NCBI GenBank assembly: GCA_016215315.1
Contig: JACRKG010000054.1
Span: forward strand, 1 to 64,000
DNA from: Candidatus Woesearchaeota archaeon
GTDB lineage: Archaea; Nanobdellota; Nanobdellia; Woesearchaeales; ARS49
Direction: 5' to 3'
Length of the DNA: 64,000 bases
Part shown: positions 41,901 through 51,500 of the stretch, in pieces
Position numbering within the stretch: the stretch's first letter is position 1
Layout: each line of letters opens with the position of its first letter
The notes under the pieces: model-generated
Databases searched by the model: none
Seen by the model: only the letters and a program-made list of their open reading frames with translations
Told to the model about the DNA's origin: nothing
Program-made: the position numbers and the translations under genes

Positions 41901-42563
41901 TTAACAACAAGCGATTATTCTAGATTATTAGACTTACAAAGAAATTATCATTTAGCAGAAGAACAATTCTACAAACAAGCATCAAGAGATAAAACAGGAA
42001 CAGAAAAAGCTCATTTGGATATTAAAGCAAATGAAGCAGCACAAAGAGCTTCAGACACAAAAATAGACATAGAAGCACTACAAAGAACAAGCCAAGCAAT
42101 AGGAATACCTCAAATAAAAGACGATAAAAAAGATGCACTATCATTAGAAGCAATAAAAGCAATAAAGAATTCACTGGACTTTTTAGACTTACAAATACTA
42201 AACAAAGGAAGAATTGTCAGCATGGATGTTTCCGCACTAAAAGAAATGAGCGACGCAACAAAAGAAAAAATAAGCTCTGGAGAACAAAAACTGTTAGCAG
42301 AAAATGGATTCAAATCACTAGCAGAAAAAGCAAGCGCATTAAGAAAAGAAGCAGAAGAAATGAGGACAAAAGCAACTAGTGAAAATGGTAAAATTATTGA
42401 TTTAGCACTATCAAGAAGTGCAATGGAATTAGACCAAAGAGCCAGTCAATTAGAACAAATGGCAAGAAATGAAAGAAGCACAGAAAGTCTAGAACAAGAA
42501 AGAACCCAATTAGAACAAGAAAGAGCAAGATTACAAAAAGAGATGGAAGCATGCGTAGGATAA
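26919..42563 (+). CDS. giant secreted protein (5214 aa): Cys-rich N-terminal region, Kazal domain, TSP3-like Ca-binding motifs, ~2800-aa helical/coiled-coil C-terminal region
   Basis: Single uninterrupted ORF starting at GTG 26919 (or GTG 26931) with a signal peptide. Myxo-type Cys repeats (CGDGSIDGPEQCD). Kazal signature CPETYESVCGKDGITYKNECLAKIAKADIERKGEC at about 32885-32992. D-x-D-x-DG clusters at about 33735-33910. Long E/K/Q-rich helical region with Gly/Ala-rich amphipathic stretches at about 39300-41100. Confidence 0.8.
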   Translation: MYDVVNKRVIALFVIVLFLNITLVSALPVWLEWMLKLPSITGKQVFQQQTCPSGYSPVKDNNQLIYAANCQTTDSGIMGNLYLGNNPQLYTPEGFVLAGLVDFACTPEITERTETICGPFVGNSEMGEPLSLVCQKSISCETTQQPPTTPPVETPPTTDQPIQPCSGVECPAGKILNTGTCSCECALTNAICKQNLNNNDAYADLTACSCKINETPPQTSENLCPSGGTVEALADTCEKYGSCPTPQIACGVKFTGYGSSTAFEWGPQCLDKTKITYYCGATNNEGKTAICQLENACGNNEICIQQPQENPTNVYCSAPESACPLEPGAEEPCQEKNKAISIQFPPGSEVLDKPYCDNLCQLSYCYQTSDKKITIAKSPGKEEQSRENGKAYDDSGKETGTDTETCYTCSFYSSGDFQPIACPISEVACNNNNVAQLGEECDGTDLKQKNCKDFTQSTILQPFDGGKLKCDTACDYNTNECYVCGDGSIDGPEQCDINEAGQEFGCDPGWFCGVQSGLRCQCIPPIIESTKESCQKAGVSTTLIKKDPPLAYTYTDGIKPSLEEAFNQALLETTGTLKSEGIELTNPSTDFENICFKCNIEGEAQTGDDVSRKVFADYCAPVEKVNLKTACIQEANGVTFQQKQNEDVKEETKYPNKARPEITKKEGRKLSSPKKFSNQEFSQSLNIPTSEVSSVDLNNVCWACGIPDTSYSLLGGKFSTSGQQGVTSQASLVPVRIDCPIIEKAETNCCIRKDDEGKIVERALVEGKCPEKLPIKDPTGEACKIIEKGKQVCCLVPPVPEKNIPENYVWKENSCGELKEFPEQYCNPIKRLACEICPSCDNAIGGLPQGTPSQSLLLADPKGIIGEGDEEQKQPKCGDGVRNGKEDFDPGMAVVNARKESENGARTQTICPVQEGSTGSLVTNQWDDHCKKIGLGTQFNINTCKCEGTTELSTSQSQQQIKTNCEVYKPSTEKTELPQLELLKKEYISFAPEKQIEQIPSIQSTILIQKDYVLSSDGRFKKEKTLEQIEETSKNIKPITGKFIITGFQTAEITTPKLIKTIDNVDGSKTLEFSDGSKKVLTETYSKNDLGQLVRDHFTKTVITKEGKTIQRKQLINGEIEETYPDKTVIRYKLTPDKKSQVTFQQFTNDKGKTVKLSYEYLPDSTRKRISDTDSSSAIQEPFINEKGEQEWRNKKETDAFGRTFSYDYKKTKINGEEKEVTLVKNEAGLIVEAFYDEQVQRINVDCEEKEKLNCKKPEESNYEKTDLGGGLLQFKKKIQEGEKQHEYTCKLTSTKIFSQPECLMTYEKTQLDDGTIKESIYEYQGDSTYKIIDKKDPRDVSVIKYVDGKPKTLMATSIDEEGNAVGYYVKEQQDGSQELDFFDGRTRKLSKTRETTSFTNEFGDETFLLGKNKEGKEQFKQVSSDGKTTIYYEEDSQDAEGKTKYFTSRTEIKTEKGTEVISREKTKDGLIKETRADSTGAVTILFFKEGESDPKKYQTIDECGIDSGIIETTKDQEKPETMTQPCETEEVQSQVDFTKLSDTEKDNYCKDRKSKDQQKNEESKKAKELKDICVYELKNNNYRINEIDKKDGSKEKYEYFNYESNELTKIEYTGGPRDGTYLILANAEDVKNEKGETVNDKYGSPKKLQVVLESKSLIDGQPKIYCTANLADGSKLQVEKGKGIISQYSYLNPETEKTLKNLGLIEETIIEETLIEKTLIEETPKKGPASFTTKTQVITQEKTTTTTREPLTNGNILVRAVDDDLRNSNFAHLLYEKYFNKECVGTEVIKEEQKSEETEQPKISLSAGRNQASQSSQKIAQTLLGGGKPTGPVNLGDVLGTQNPVSCVANTLKSLSEDKTETPEPKFLYQIIKPQKEEDLVLRQAFEVNGEEQITDYVYPEQKKKTSYTRVNVKEKTWTQFNEKDEAQEFLSKTEQGYQLTSYGDYGGLTKLCEKLDEKQYQNPLAEKVDMTPIQLCKEQPELCLAGSCPETYESVCGKDGITYKNECLAKIAKADIERKGECQCQDLKKLKPGTEVVCEDQKPRTTCTTDQDCNSEGTKTCGNGKEYYEKTCKEDKEGNKFCIPNPNLATICTNAECPPVQTSNNCPTGTLSKEIRYENGCFAGTQCISPGQPPIIPDSKQCPQVAIPTPITGYRIIPKFDNQGCLVNADMIGEEQITGMASEELAELQNIKLPTKETDKEKTAEASLEKPSEELNGVKDREIGDGCNQISICDNGEIYHPYLKKENSCIQNPLTICNSPIATYKTNLVKSCNDKDKDGRCDINNDNKEDAIIIRRSNDVIETVEINFGSKDNDFDNDGIPDWLDIDKYGTGKAFTKPTYSLDSPPEDRDNDKNKDVVELLLASQLFEAGQGYNFEQDKNNDLITDKEENSFSSIKNTLTSFAELIPGYLIIKAPFTLSTNLKFTPTSITGRIINGITGFFVAPPNNGGTGKLAQSQLIGGVWMANIEHAPQPYDYIMNVYDNFNKVKQPNFEAFKKYQKEYVDNIIGNLNVDLVCDKDGYKSFLETQKNSIVEQVMASVEAVKKSFEDAEKFLDSDLDIAYDKLAGINPVEDLKNKLENFQENYEKAKQEFEQTGEAYTGSKNNFKEIKNKISDKLQESNEGRKFIHAMEQSELNEVDTEKTFTSEQTALRLAQNNYNQISQSVAACNQARKEGQGSSSCEALVNKLNQATTSLNAAERQLSASQKRAQGAYQPQSQENLQAAFDKLPQKIKDQFGNTFANFMSASTQNLKATIDYINTQNFGNFWFGSTKFKPEFVSSADLLSKGTLEQVATTNRDRIVEKNIKAELINQRLDDTPENRASLRKIVENSEWYEEITNEVENAKQIQQKVQKGEKLTKEEQDFVQKTAKEENTRTKEEINKKKQEVFEKRKEEFSKAQEKLDKIQKFDFQKETNNLYQEITSDYPRKVSDLIEGLEDIRTRAQEIINNKESCPAENKDAMNQLLALLDSMIDSMERKKSDLYEFIDKHIEGKDKNAPTDPAEREKLFPAEALNAQNEKLKQYQDNANNPQATNFQKEQWNNLAQQEKQSFASIYFKLAADRMIIDAIFEQIQMLQVEPLTKLAQMLEQKMECCTQSYQPMKGTTLPKQEKIIEKPKDKELPKAPDTTGALALTLESIQCQTNLVTGMQTTSTTKRTQDDTENPPPELPTPIECPYCTCNNYIQKAAFKKGQATQTSFGPTLDEPQTPKEPPLDPGSVSNGASSRPTEPPTLQNIAAILKPGTTVAQPTTERPASIPPPTSITPKPQEIVKPIINPCVDKFKLKEASLEGVQKFEDQKLKKAAKEQNTCWKEFGDDYKGEGIQKWKENAVQAINEKLKSKGLSIDKLGSDAESTGGIKIYYGGSEVTPDEQGNIPGTFYNSEEIQKLREEQIQERMQSQTEKIRDCHVKTEAAAQVAKDVVGQDYNAQAVEKKDGTFQVQITSRDGTNGFLDENGNAIFQTPEGSAVKIGDKYVPLNKAQDGKMYTLDENGNLQAYNVDEKLGDEEKQKLSGCFNLNAIGLNYQADFNDLLAKGKIDEAIKAKINQGMMNARLNALLGDITAGINSLMDSLKAIAQVLKDQGLINEELFDMINKLSADNLDNLKTALEQLGDKIEDKTIFEEFKKTFDSLLASKTLQEANQLLEKQKGMKPCTEQKTPDCATKEEYQKIAEDLKKLVEEDKFFNKEEAMPENYKKFLQGLLVQSIFGSEGVPGLIDAMRTEIIEGIKNTSPLTELGKSLYTNLELEKAYQEILNKYGNYLSDEAKDGLTKSRDYYASEAEYAGIRLERQSEYTSLKEEKDLSLGERQFSNINEQRRTELLTKGEQITSRVEANFARQKAYSDLKTVLSEWVRGMERKGSFMDYSLKLGEIRKAIETYGGSSKEKLLSTLDQVNSKLASGSEAELTTGILDIMNSLTETNNLPSNRITDEEIQSLGVINKLTASGKDVHLADQKGNILSNDLEGSHQSIQSREKVQEQSQLYKILVAGKYQQAAEQGDWEGLTKWHNELSDANYFQEMNNKQLTILQLEQKMHNTQSAGKPGWGEWLFTSGDKLREKYSDYYNPTPREETIKGLGNEIEKQTILRDVTYEMRNMDDEHRKDHLDYLGKRTEEILKEQGEIKTKAQEARGGFFWGLISSAGSAVGLTTAPSVLEDQAKNAALETSLMEGRLEAVGSLMKNYNPQGYNEFKRELEIKALSAPKSAGFMKEFSPERAKVYSELGETYLKTLTNLETQEAGNKAINEAVSIAAKQGKTLTQQELDQAYYGGASKALSDIGQKIRMNSAEMYSSTKSYNIKDEIEKNTASTLQFLGSYASQYTTELRKLSNEGLTTNDDLLKIQNNILSTMSSLGGISEINRKAFLDLNTMQVLGTKVPRLGLMSPGGLVRYWKEGVSGLDNIGQTEVYNLGNVQDALLRATAGTADKSNINILKNAGINYEKGKIFLTQDSLNKFNNNVVQSKGINDFNSYDMNRVSQMFGFVEMIKTAASFAVGGVATKFVNEAVTGIKTANTARYFTTAEKLNRYVKYGEGLEDLTQLQRIGLKVSNEAIKIGGFAGEATAFPIGMAAGSDAVGYVATRFEDKLGGTPEGRSYTPAMDAFMKNPGEAILNSAAMLGTFKGLGKLGVAAQEYAQSKIVRNALETELGSQTAKQLLPGVMNRLRTGEAIPEFLKGAENVGTALTMTKAIPIAFEIAGMVGLESLENNYAGNSVPFYETLLRAGFTTTMMHGAAHIPSKDANQGIKASNFVRDVSSARTVRDQAYDSLQKLAGVEPSARKPFEATAGREYIDPLKQYKPEELDNLQADQLRQYQEGMNEVIKYEQLANQASTPAEKEAMRTAAENARTQATDMMGRAEATRKLAETMRETQQEGKLKTPQPVPEAKQPTSQEAQKLLKDIITPDMRKELLQRIQQEQLIQDVINNPARVTEQRILEEGLARTPQEAQKLLKDLIKQGKKARLTNNEYELARADNNLGNERYKLEVEAQKLQEKYKNGELTTSDYSRLLDLQRNYHLAEEQFYKQASRDKTGTEKAHLDIKANEAAQRASDTKIDIEALQRTSQAIGIPQIKDDKKDALSLEAIKAIKNSLDFLDLQILNKGRIVSMDVSALKEMSDATKEKISSGEQKLLAENGFKSLAEKASALRKEAEEMRTKATSENGKIIDLALSRSAMELDQRASQLEQMARNERSTESLEQERTQLEQERARLQKEMEACVG

Positions 42564-45500
42564 ACGAACTAAAAAAAGTAGTAATACTATTTTTTGTACT
42601 TTTAATTAGTTTACAAATCATTGCAGCACAAGCATGCTATCCACAACAAGAACTACAAAAAGTCAACGAAAGAATAGAAGAAATAAAAACAGCACTAGAA
42701 GCATCACGAAATGCAGAAAATGCAAGAACAGCAGAACACGAAGCATACAGAAAAACAGAAAAATCATTTGAAGACGCACTAAATTTAGTACAAGACAAAT
42801 ATGATGCAGGAGAAATAACACCAGAACAGTATTCTGCACTGAAAAAAGTCTACGAAAACGAAGTAGCAAAACTAAGAAAAGCAAGACAATTAAGTATTTT
42901 ACAACTAGAAAATGTAGGCTCAGGAGCTAAAATAAGTCAAGAAGTACAAAAATTAGAAACAAACAGAAGAAAACAATTAAGCCAAGTAGAAAGAAAACTT
43001 TCAGATCTTGAATACCAATTAAGAAGCGGAGGAAAAAGCGAATCTGAAGTAAGCGGAACATTAGCAACTGAAAGACAAAAATTACTACAAGAATTATCAG
43101 ACCAGCTAGGAACATCAAGAGAACAACTAAACAAAGAATACAATCTTAACGAAATCCAAAAACTAGAAAGAGAAATAAACCAATTAGAAATAGCAAATAA
43201 CGAAATAAAATCAGATACCCGATTCAAACAATTCTTTGAAAGCATAGAAAGCGTAAAAGAAACTTATAGAGTCAATCAAAATTCAGAAGCAAGAATGCAA
43301 GCAAGAGAAGACTTAGCAAAAAAATTAAGACAAGACCCAGAATTATCAAACAAAATTGATGGAGCAGAAGTAAAATATCGAGACATAAGACAAAAAGCAA
43401 AAGAACTAGTTGCTGATATGAACGACAAAGCGGCAATAAAACAAAAAATAAAAGAACTAGCTAAAAAAACAGCAGAAACTCCTTCCGACGTACAATCATG
43501 GAAAGACTTATCACTACTAAAAAAACACTTACAAAATTTAGAATTAGGAAACTACAACAAACTATCGAGCTTAAGAACAGAATTAGGAGCAGCACAAGAA
43601 AGACTAACAAAACTACCTCAAGATTCTGCAGAATACAAAGCAGTAGAAACAGAATACAACAGGATTCTAGACGAAATAAGCGATATATCAAATGAATCCT
43701 ACTTAGAAACAGGAGACAAAACATTAAACGATTTGTTAGAATTAGTGATGAGACAATGGGAATACGCCAAAACATCAGAACAAAACCAATACACATTCAA
43801 CATTAGAGGAAAACAATTAAGTGAAGCATTATTAGAATTCGCCAGAAATTTGAAGCCTGGTAAGGCTTCAGCAATAGAATTCGCACTAGGTGGAGGAAAA
43901 ACAAGCACAGTAGCTCCAGTAATCGCAGAAATATCAAGACTACTAACAGGAAGAAAAGCATTAATAGAATTACCAGATGGAAAAAGCACAGATGCATACA
44001 ATGAAATAGGAAGGGCGCTAACAAGACAAGGAAGAAGAGTTGTAGTAATAAGAAACACAGAAAAACCACTAGAAATTTTAGCGCAAATAAAAGATGCAGA
44101 CGTAGTTCTCGTAGAATTCAGCACTAGAGGATTCATAGAAGCAATGGCCAGGTCAACAAAAATAAGCCCGACACTACGAGAAGCTTACAGAGAACTACAA
44201 TTAGAACTAGTAAAAGACAGAACACATATACAAGACGAAGCACACCAAGGAACAGACATAGGAAACAGATACACATTAAGCGGTGGAGAAGGAGAAGAAA
44301 TAGGCAAACCATTACAAAACGATGCAAAACTAATAGGAGACACACTAGTAGAATTGGGATTCGTTAAAAAAGGATTCGTGGACAGAAGTGTATTATCGAC
44401 AACAGCAGTCTTTAAAGGAATATTCATGCAAGCAAGAGGAGCACTATTTGAAGAAACAGCACTAAAAAAAATATCAGAAAAACTAGCAGAAAAACTAAAA
44501 CAAGAAGGTTTCAGCCAAGAAAACTTAGGAGAAAAAATAAATGACTACTTCAAAAACAAAGAAAAAAGCAAATACTCAAATGAATTCTCAACAGAACAAC
44601 AAACAAGAATGAAAGATTTACTAGAACAAATCAACAATTTCGCAGAAGCAATGAACAAAAAACCAAACAGTGAGTATCAACCAGATAAATTAGGAAGAAA
44701 AATAGGCCTAGCAAAAAACGGAAACCCTGCATTCAATCAACAAGTAAGCAATCCAAAACTAGCACTAGCAGTTGAGTATGTTGGAAGTACATACTTTGAC
44801 AAACCAACAAATTTCGGATCAGTAAAAACAAGCGGAGGAACAATATCCTCATCCTGGCTAGCAAACCAATATTTATTATTAAAAAATAGCGGAACATACT
44901 TAGGAATGTCAGGAACAATGGGAAAACAATTACAATCCCTCGTTAGCGCACTAAAAATAGAAACGAAATCAAACTCACAAATGAACGACTTAATCTTTGG
45001 AAGACAAAATGCACAAGGAGAATACGAAGGAGGACTATTAAGAGAAGCAACAGGAACAAAAACACTAAATGAAGCACTAGATATTTCAATAAAAGAAATT
45101 CAAAAAGGAAAAGAAGGAATGTTCGGCAAGAGCAAAGGACAAGATGCAAATGGAAATTTAGTAATGGTAGTACCTCACGAAGGAACAACAGCTGGAGAAA
45201 TAATAAGCAAACTAATAAAATCAGGAATCAAAAAAACATTCATAGAAAAAAACGGAGAAAACTTCATTCTAAAAGATAGTAATGGAAACAAATTAAGAGA
45301 TATAAATTCAAAAGAAGCAGCCACATTAATGAATAATGGAAAAGATATAATTCTAGTAATGGGAGAAGCAGCAACAACAGGAACAGACGTAAAACTAAAC
45401 AAAAACATACCATTTGTTAACTTCGCAAGCTCAACAAACATAGCAGACACAATAATGCAAGGAGTAAAAAGAGCGGGAAGACTAGCAGGAACAAACGCAG

Positions 45501-48500
45501 CAGAACACCCTGACACTTACATGTTCATATCAGGAAAAGAAGTAAAAACAGGAAAATTAACAATTAAAGAAGTAAAAGAAGTATGGGATAAAAACCAAAA
45601 TCATGAATCAAAAAACAGCCTATATGATTATGTAAGCGCAATAGTTGAATTTCACTACGAAAAATTATTTGTAGACATACTATACCAAGAAGGACTAAAT
45701 CCGGAACTAGCAAGAATAGCACAAGAACTAAACGAAGCATTCACGAGCAAAGGAAGAACAGAACAAAACTTAAACACAGAACACGGAGTAAGCTCAGTAG
45801 AACAAACATTAACAGGAAAAGTAAAAGGCAACACAGAATTCTTCAAAAAAATACTAAATGGAGAAGAAATAATACTAGAAGGCGAATACACTGAAACGGG
45901 AGAACCAAAAAAAATAACTTCACAAGACGTACGCAAATTCAGAGATAGTTTAGACTCAGAATTCAAAAAAAGACTAGAAGACTTATCCGAAGAACCAACA
46001 AAGAAATTTGAATTTGGTGAAGGAAAAGAATCAGAAAAACAACCACTACTAGAAGAAACACTAGACGGACTAATAGGCTTATTAAGTCAAACAATACCAA
46101 AAGAAGCTCTGCCAGAATTTGCTCCAGGAAAACTAAGCGACACATTTATAGTGAAAGAATTAACTGAAAACAGACACAATTCAGAACAATTATTATCCCA
46201 AATGGAAGGAGAATTAGGATCATTAACAAGACAAAATGATGAAGTAACCTCAAGAATAAACGAATATAAAAATGGAGTAAATGGTGTTGTTCAAGAATTA
46301 CAAAACAATGACTTAATAACAATAAGAGGAGGGATACAAGCAGGAACTTACACAGTAAACAAAGACGAAGACGAAAATGTTTGGTTACTAAACGCAAAAG
46401 GAGAAATAATCTCGGCACAAACAGCACTAATGATTGACTCAGCACTAAAAACAAGCGATGAAATAAAAATAACGAGATCACAACAAGAAATATTAAGTCA
46501 AGAGTTGCAAGAAGCAAACGAAAACCTAGAAACAGTAATCCAAGCACAAAATGAATACAACAAATTAATCGCTGAAAAAGAAAGATTAGAACAAGAAATA
46601 TTCAACATAAACAACATAGAAGCCACAAATCAAGCAGCAGAAGCATTATACAAAATATTCAAAGAAAAAGGACTAGAAAATCTAATATTAAACCAAGCAG
46701 ACCTACTAAACTACTTATCATCAATACCTCAAGAAGAAAGAGATGCAATAATAAACACAGGAAAAGACTTAACATTAAATAAAAACCAAATAGATAAAAT
46801 AACAGAGAAATTTTCGAAGAAAATTTCTCAAGGAGAATTACTGAAAAGACAAAACAACGAACAAATAACAACAGACACAACAAAATACAGAGACCAAATC
46901 AAAAAATACACAACACAAATAAAAACAATCAATCAAGAACTACTAAACACATTGCGTTTATCACTTGCAGGAATATCACAAACACAACTTCCAACATTAG
47001 CAGGAACAGAAACAACATCCGCATATGAATTAATCGATCTTGCAATAAAAGAATTAGAAAAAACAAACCTAGAAGAATTAGTGAGCAAATTAGAAACAAC
47101 TGAAGGCTTCGAACTCACACAAGAACAAATAATATTACTAACAGAATTACAAAACCAAATACAAACAAACACTAAAAACTTAGAATTAACCCTCTCAATA
47201 CTAAACGAATTATTAACACAAGACATAACTAGCGAACAAAGAGAACAATTATCAAAAACATACAATAAAGCAGCACAATCACTAAAACAATTCCGTGAAT
47301 TAGAAAGCCAAACAAGTGCAACAAGAACACAAATTAATTTAGACTTAGGAATAGAAGCACTAACGCAAGAAGAACTAGAATCAAAAATAAAAGAAAAACA
47401 ATCAGAAATAGAAACAGCACAAAACTCAATAAAAGAATTCTCACAACTAGCACAAGAAGCAAAAACAAAAGGAGATGAAGGAGCAGTAAAAGCATACGAA
47501 GATGCAATAAAAGACAGACAACAAGAAATAACAAAACTAGAAAAAGAAATAGCACAACTAAAAACAAAACTAGAAATTTCTGCGGAAATTTCAACAACAA
47601 AAGAAATTCCTCCAGCAACAGAACTCCCTGCAATAATTGAACCAATATCATCAAGAGAACAAATCCCACTACCAGAACATGAAGAACTCAAACCCGAAAC
47701 AGGCTCAGCTGAAAGAGCAAGAAAAGCAAGAGAACAATTAACACAAAAAATAGACCAAATAATCAAAGGCATGCCAGTTCCAGTATATGCATTCAACCAA
47801 CCATTAGAAAGTGCATGGGGTGGAGACCTAATAAGGATATCATCTCCAAAATCGGGTGTTGTGAGAGTTCTACACTTAGACGCCACAGGTCATGGATCTC
47901 AAGGAGCTAAACACAAAACAGGATTAGCATTAGCAATACAAAGGCTAGAGACTGGAGCAACAGGCGAACTAAAACAAGACTTAGAGATGTACTTGAGAGC
48001 ATTACAAGAAGAAATCAACACAATAAAAGAAGAATTTAAAGAACAAGGTTTGAGTGCAGAAGAACTAAAAGATTATGATCCTTTAGGAACATTTGCAGTA
48101 TATGATTATAACACTGAAACGGGCGAAGTAATTTATTCAACGGGAGGAGAAGAGAGAAACTTCTTCCAATATACTGAAGGAAAAGTAGGAGCAGCACTCA
48201 AATCTAGGGGAGAAAAATTAGGTGAAGCGGGAATTAAAACAGATACTACAAACATGAAGCCAGGAGATGTATTTGTAATAGTTAGTGATGGAGTCACAGA
48301 CATGTTCAAAGATGGAGCAAAGAGATTACAAAAAGCTCTAGGAAAAGATAAATTTGACCAATTAGGAATAAAAGATTTGAAACAAATAATTGAAGAAAAC
48401 GCAGGCAAATCAGAAGGAGAAATCAAACAAGCAATAATGAGTGAGTATAATAGAATAAAAGGATTCTTGGCACCTGTAATAACTGAATTAAAAGAACAAG

Positions 48501-51500
48501 AAAAAACAAAATCCTTATCCCAATTAGAAGCAGATCAAAAAGAGGCAGAAACATTAAGAGAAACAATAAATGTTATTGAAGGTTTGTTTGATGACGTAAG
48601 CATAGTAGTAATGAAAGCTAAAACGGCAGAAGTATCTGCGCTAAATATAGAAGATTCATTCTTTACTGATGCGGTGGATGAATCTATTGCTAAGGGGGAA
48701 ATACCTGACGCATTGCCTGGTGTGCGCGATGAAGATGATAAAGATAATTTAAGAAGTGTTATTGCGTCTGGCGAAGTTTCAGTTAAAAAATTATATAAAG
48801 AGTTACATTCCAGAATAAGCACCGACCCCAAATTAAGTAATGAAGAGAAACAAAAACGTTTAGCTGCGCTTAATGTTGTTTTCAGAACAACCGTAACCTG
48901 GCTAGTTGCTCAGGATGAAGCAGATCTAGAACTTCCTTATGTTGCTCATGATGCTAAACACTCTAGAACTACTTCAACAGATATGTCTAAGATTGTTAGA
49001 GCCTCTCCAGAACTTAGAGTTGAATTAGAAAAACAATATGGCCCATATTATGCAGAACTAGTTACTTTGTTAGGATTCTTGCATGATGTTGGTTACGCAA
49101 CACTCGAAGAAGGAGAACATAAATCTATCCATGCACCTAGAGGAGGTGAAATGGTTGAAAATTTCTTGAGAAGTCAAATAGCTGCTTCATTCGGTTTAAG
49201 CGAAAAAGCTGTTAGTGATTTTGTTGATGCAATAACTTATCATGGTTCTGATAAGAAAGGAAAAGATTACAAAGCGGCAAGTTTGACAGAAAATCCTTTA
49301 CTATTACTGATGCGTTTATCAGATAACCTTGACATAACAGAAAATAGATTAAGAGCTTGGCAAAGAGATCAATTCTTTATGAGAGCAGTATACAAGCTCT
49401 GGGATGATGAAGAAATAAAAGGTTATGAAGCAAAAATAGCCGGATTAAGAAAAGAATTATCCCGAACAGAAGTTAAAAAAGATATTGATGAACATAATGA
49501 ACAAATCGATGCATTAATTGAAAAGATCAATGAACGAGTTAAAAAGATCAATGAAGAGTCAGTCAATGTTATTACTGGTGTTCGCAACTTATTACAAAAA
49601 TTACATGATGAAAGATCTACTGAATGGTATCAACAAGCAGATGAAAATACTAAAATAATTTTATCAAAAAGCGCGCTTATGAAAGGACTAGGAGAAATTC
49701 TAAAAGATAGAAAACTCGAGAAAAACCAACTTGGAACAATTTTGACCCTTTTGAAGAAGTATGCTTTAAATGATGCAAAATTAAGTGACAGTCTCAGTAT
49801 GTTCGGAAACATTATCGAGGCAATTCCTAAAATGAATTATGAATCATTCCCACACTTCATAGGAGCACTTGTAATAAAAGGCGTTAATTACCAAGTTAAA
49901 AATGGCGAAATGATTGTTAGTGTTGATATTGATCCAGAAGCTGAACGTCTTGGAGAACAATTATTAGGTAAAGAAAACGTTCTGGTTGGCGAATATCAAG
50001 TTGCGAGAACAGTTCTTGCAGTATCCTCATTATTCTTTGAAGAAGGAATCGATGAAATTAAAGGACCAACTGAAAGAGGAATTAAAATAGAAATTAAAAA
50101 AATTAAAGAATCAAAAGAAAAAATCAAAGAACTCAAAGAAATAGAAGAAATACAAGAAGGTATTGGAGCTACAAAAATAATTATGCCCGAAACAGAAAAA
50201 CCAATTCTAGAAGAAGAAATCGGAATCCCCGCAGAAATAACTCTTGAAGAAAGAATCACTGAACGTATAGAAACTGATTGTGAAGGTGGAGGAAGCGTAC
50301 ATTGCTCATTCAATTACGAGAAAACGGGTGTATCAATTGATTTATTGAATCAACACGTAATGAATGAGAAAAATAAACAAGAAATAATCAAAGCTGCAAC
50401 TACGGTTGTAGAATGGGCAGCAGGAGTTTATAATTTCAAAAAAGAAAAACCCGAAGAAGCGTGGATTAAAGAAGTAACATTCGAAGGAACTGTTGTAAAA
50501 ATAGTAATAAACGTAGAACAAAAAAATGCAGAGTCAATAAAAGAAACACTTCAAGCCAGGTTAGCTTCAGAAAAATTATGGGACGCATTAGTCAGAACGC
50601 CTAATCTTGTAGTATACACAAATATTGCAACTAGAGAAGAAATAATAAAAAACATAGAATTCCAACTAGAAAAAGCAGTACTTGAAGAGAAAGTCGAAGA
50701 AAAAATTTCAAGAATCACAATTCCAAAAGAAGAAGTACACAATCTTGAAAGTATACTAGAAAAAATCGGAGTAACACTTCCAGAATTAGTGGACAGAAAA
50801 AAACCAGTAGGCTACCAAATCAAAGGAGCAACAAAATTAGGACAAGGAAGATTTGGAATTGCTTGGTTAGTAAACTTAGATGGGAAACAACAAGTAATAA
50901 AAATATTAGATATAGAAGACGAAGGAGCATTATCAAGTTTGAGCAGTGAAACACTAGAAGGAGTCTTAGCTAATTATGACTTTGTTCAAGAAGAGTACTT
51001 GATCACGCGACAAGTCAAAGGAGACTCACGCTTTATTCAAACAAATGGAATAGTTCGCGGAGAACAAGAATTAATAGATTTAGGTAATAAATTTATTTCA
51101 GAAAGTGAAGAATTATCAAAACTTTTTGAAGACAAAAATGCGCTACGAGAAAAACTCAAAAACCGAGAAATATCGGCAAAAGATGTAAGCAAACAACAAA
51201 AACAAGCAGAATTTTTCAAGAAAAAAGGAGAATACTTAATAAATTTAGCAAAACAAGGCAGCGGTTTCATAGCAACAATTTCAGATTATTACGAAGGCGA
51301 AGACTTTGATGCAATGAGAAAATCACAAAAAACAATATCTAGAAAACAATTCTCTGAATTAAAAAGATTCCTCACACAAGCATTGAATGATTTACACAAT
51401 GGAAAAACGTTAGACCGCTTGTTAATAACTCACGGAGATACAAAACCCGCAAATGTCATGTTATTAAAAAATGGAAAATTCCTAATCTTAGACTTTGGAG

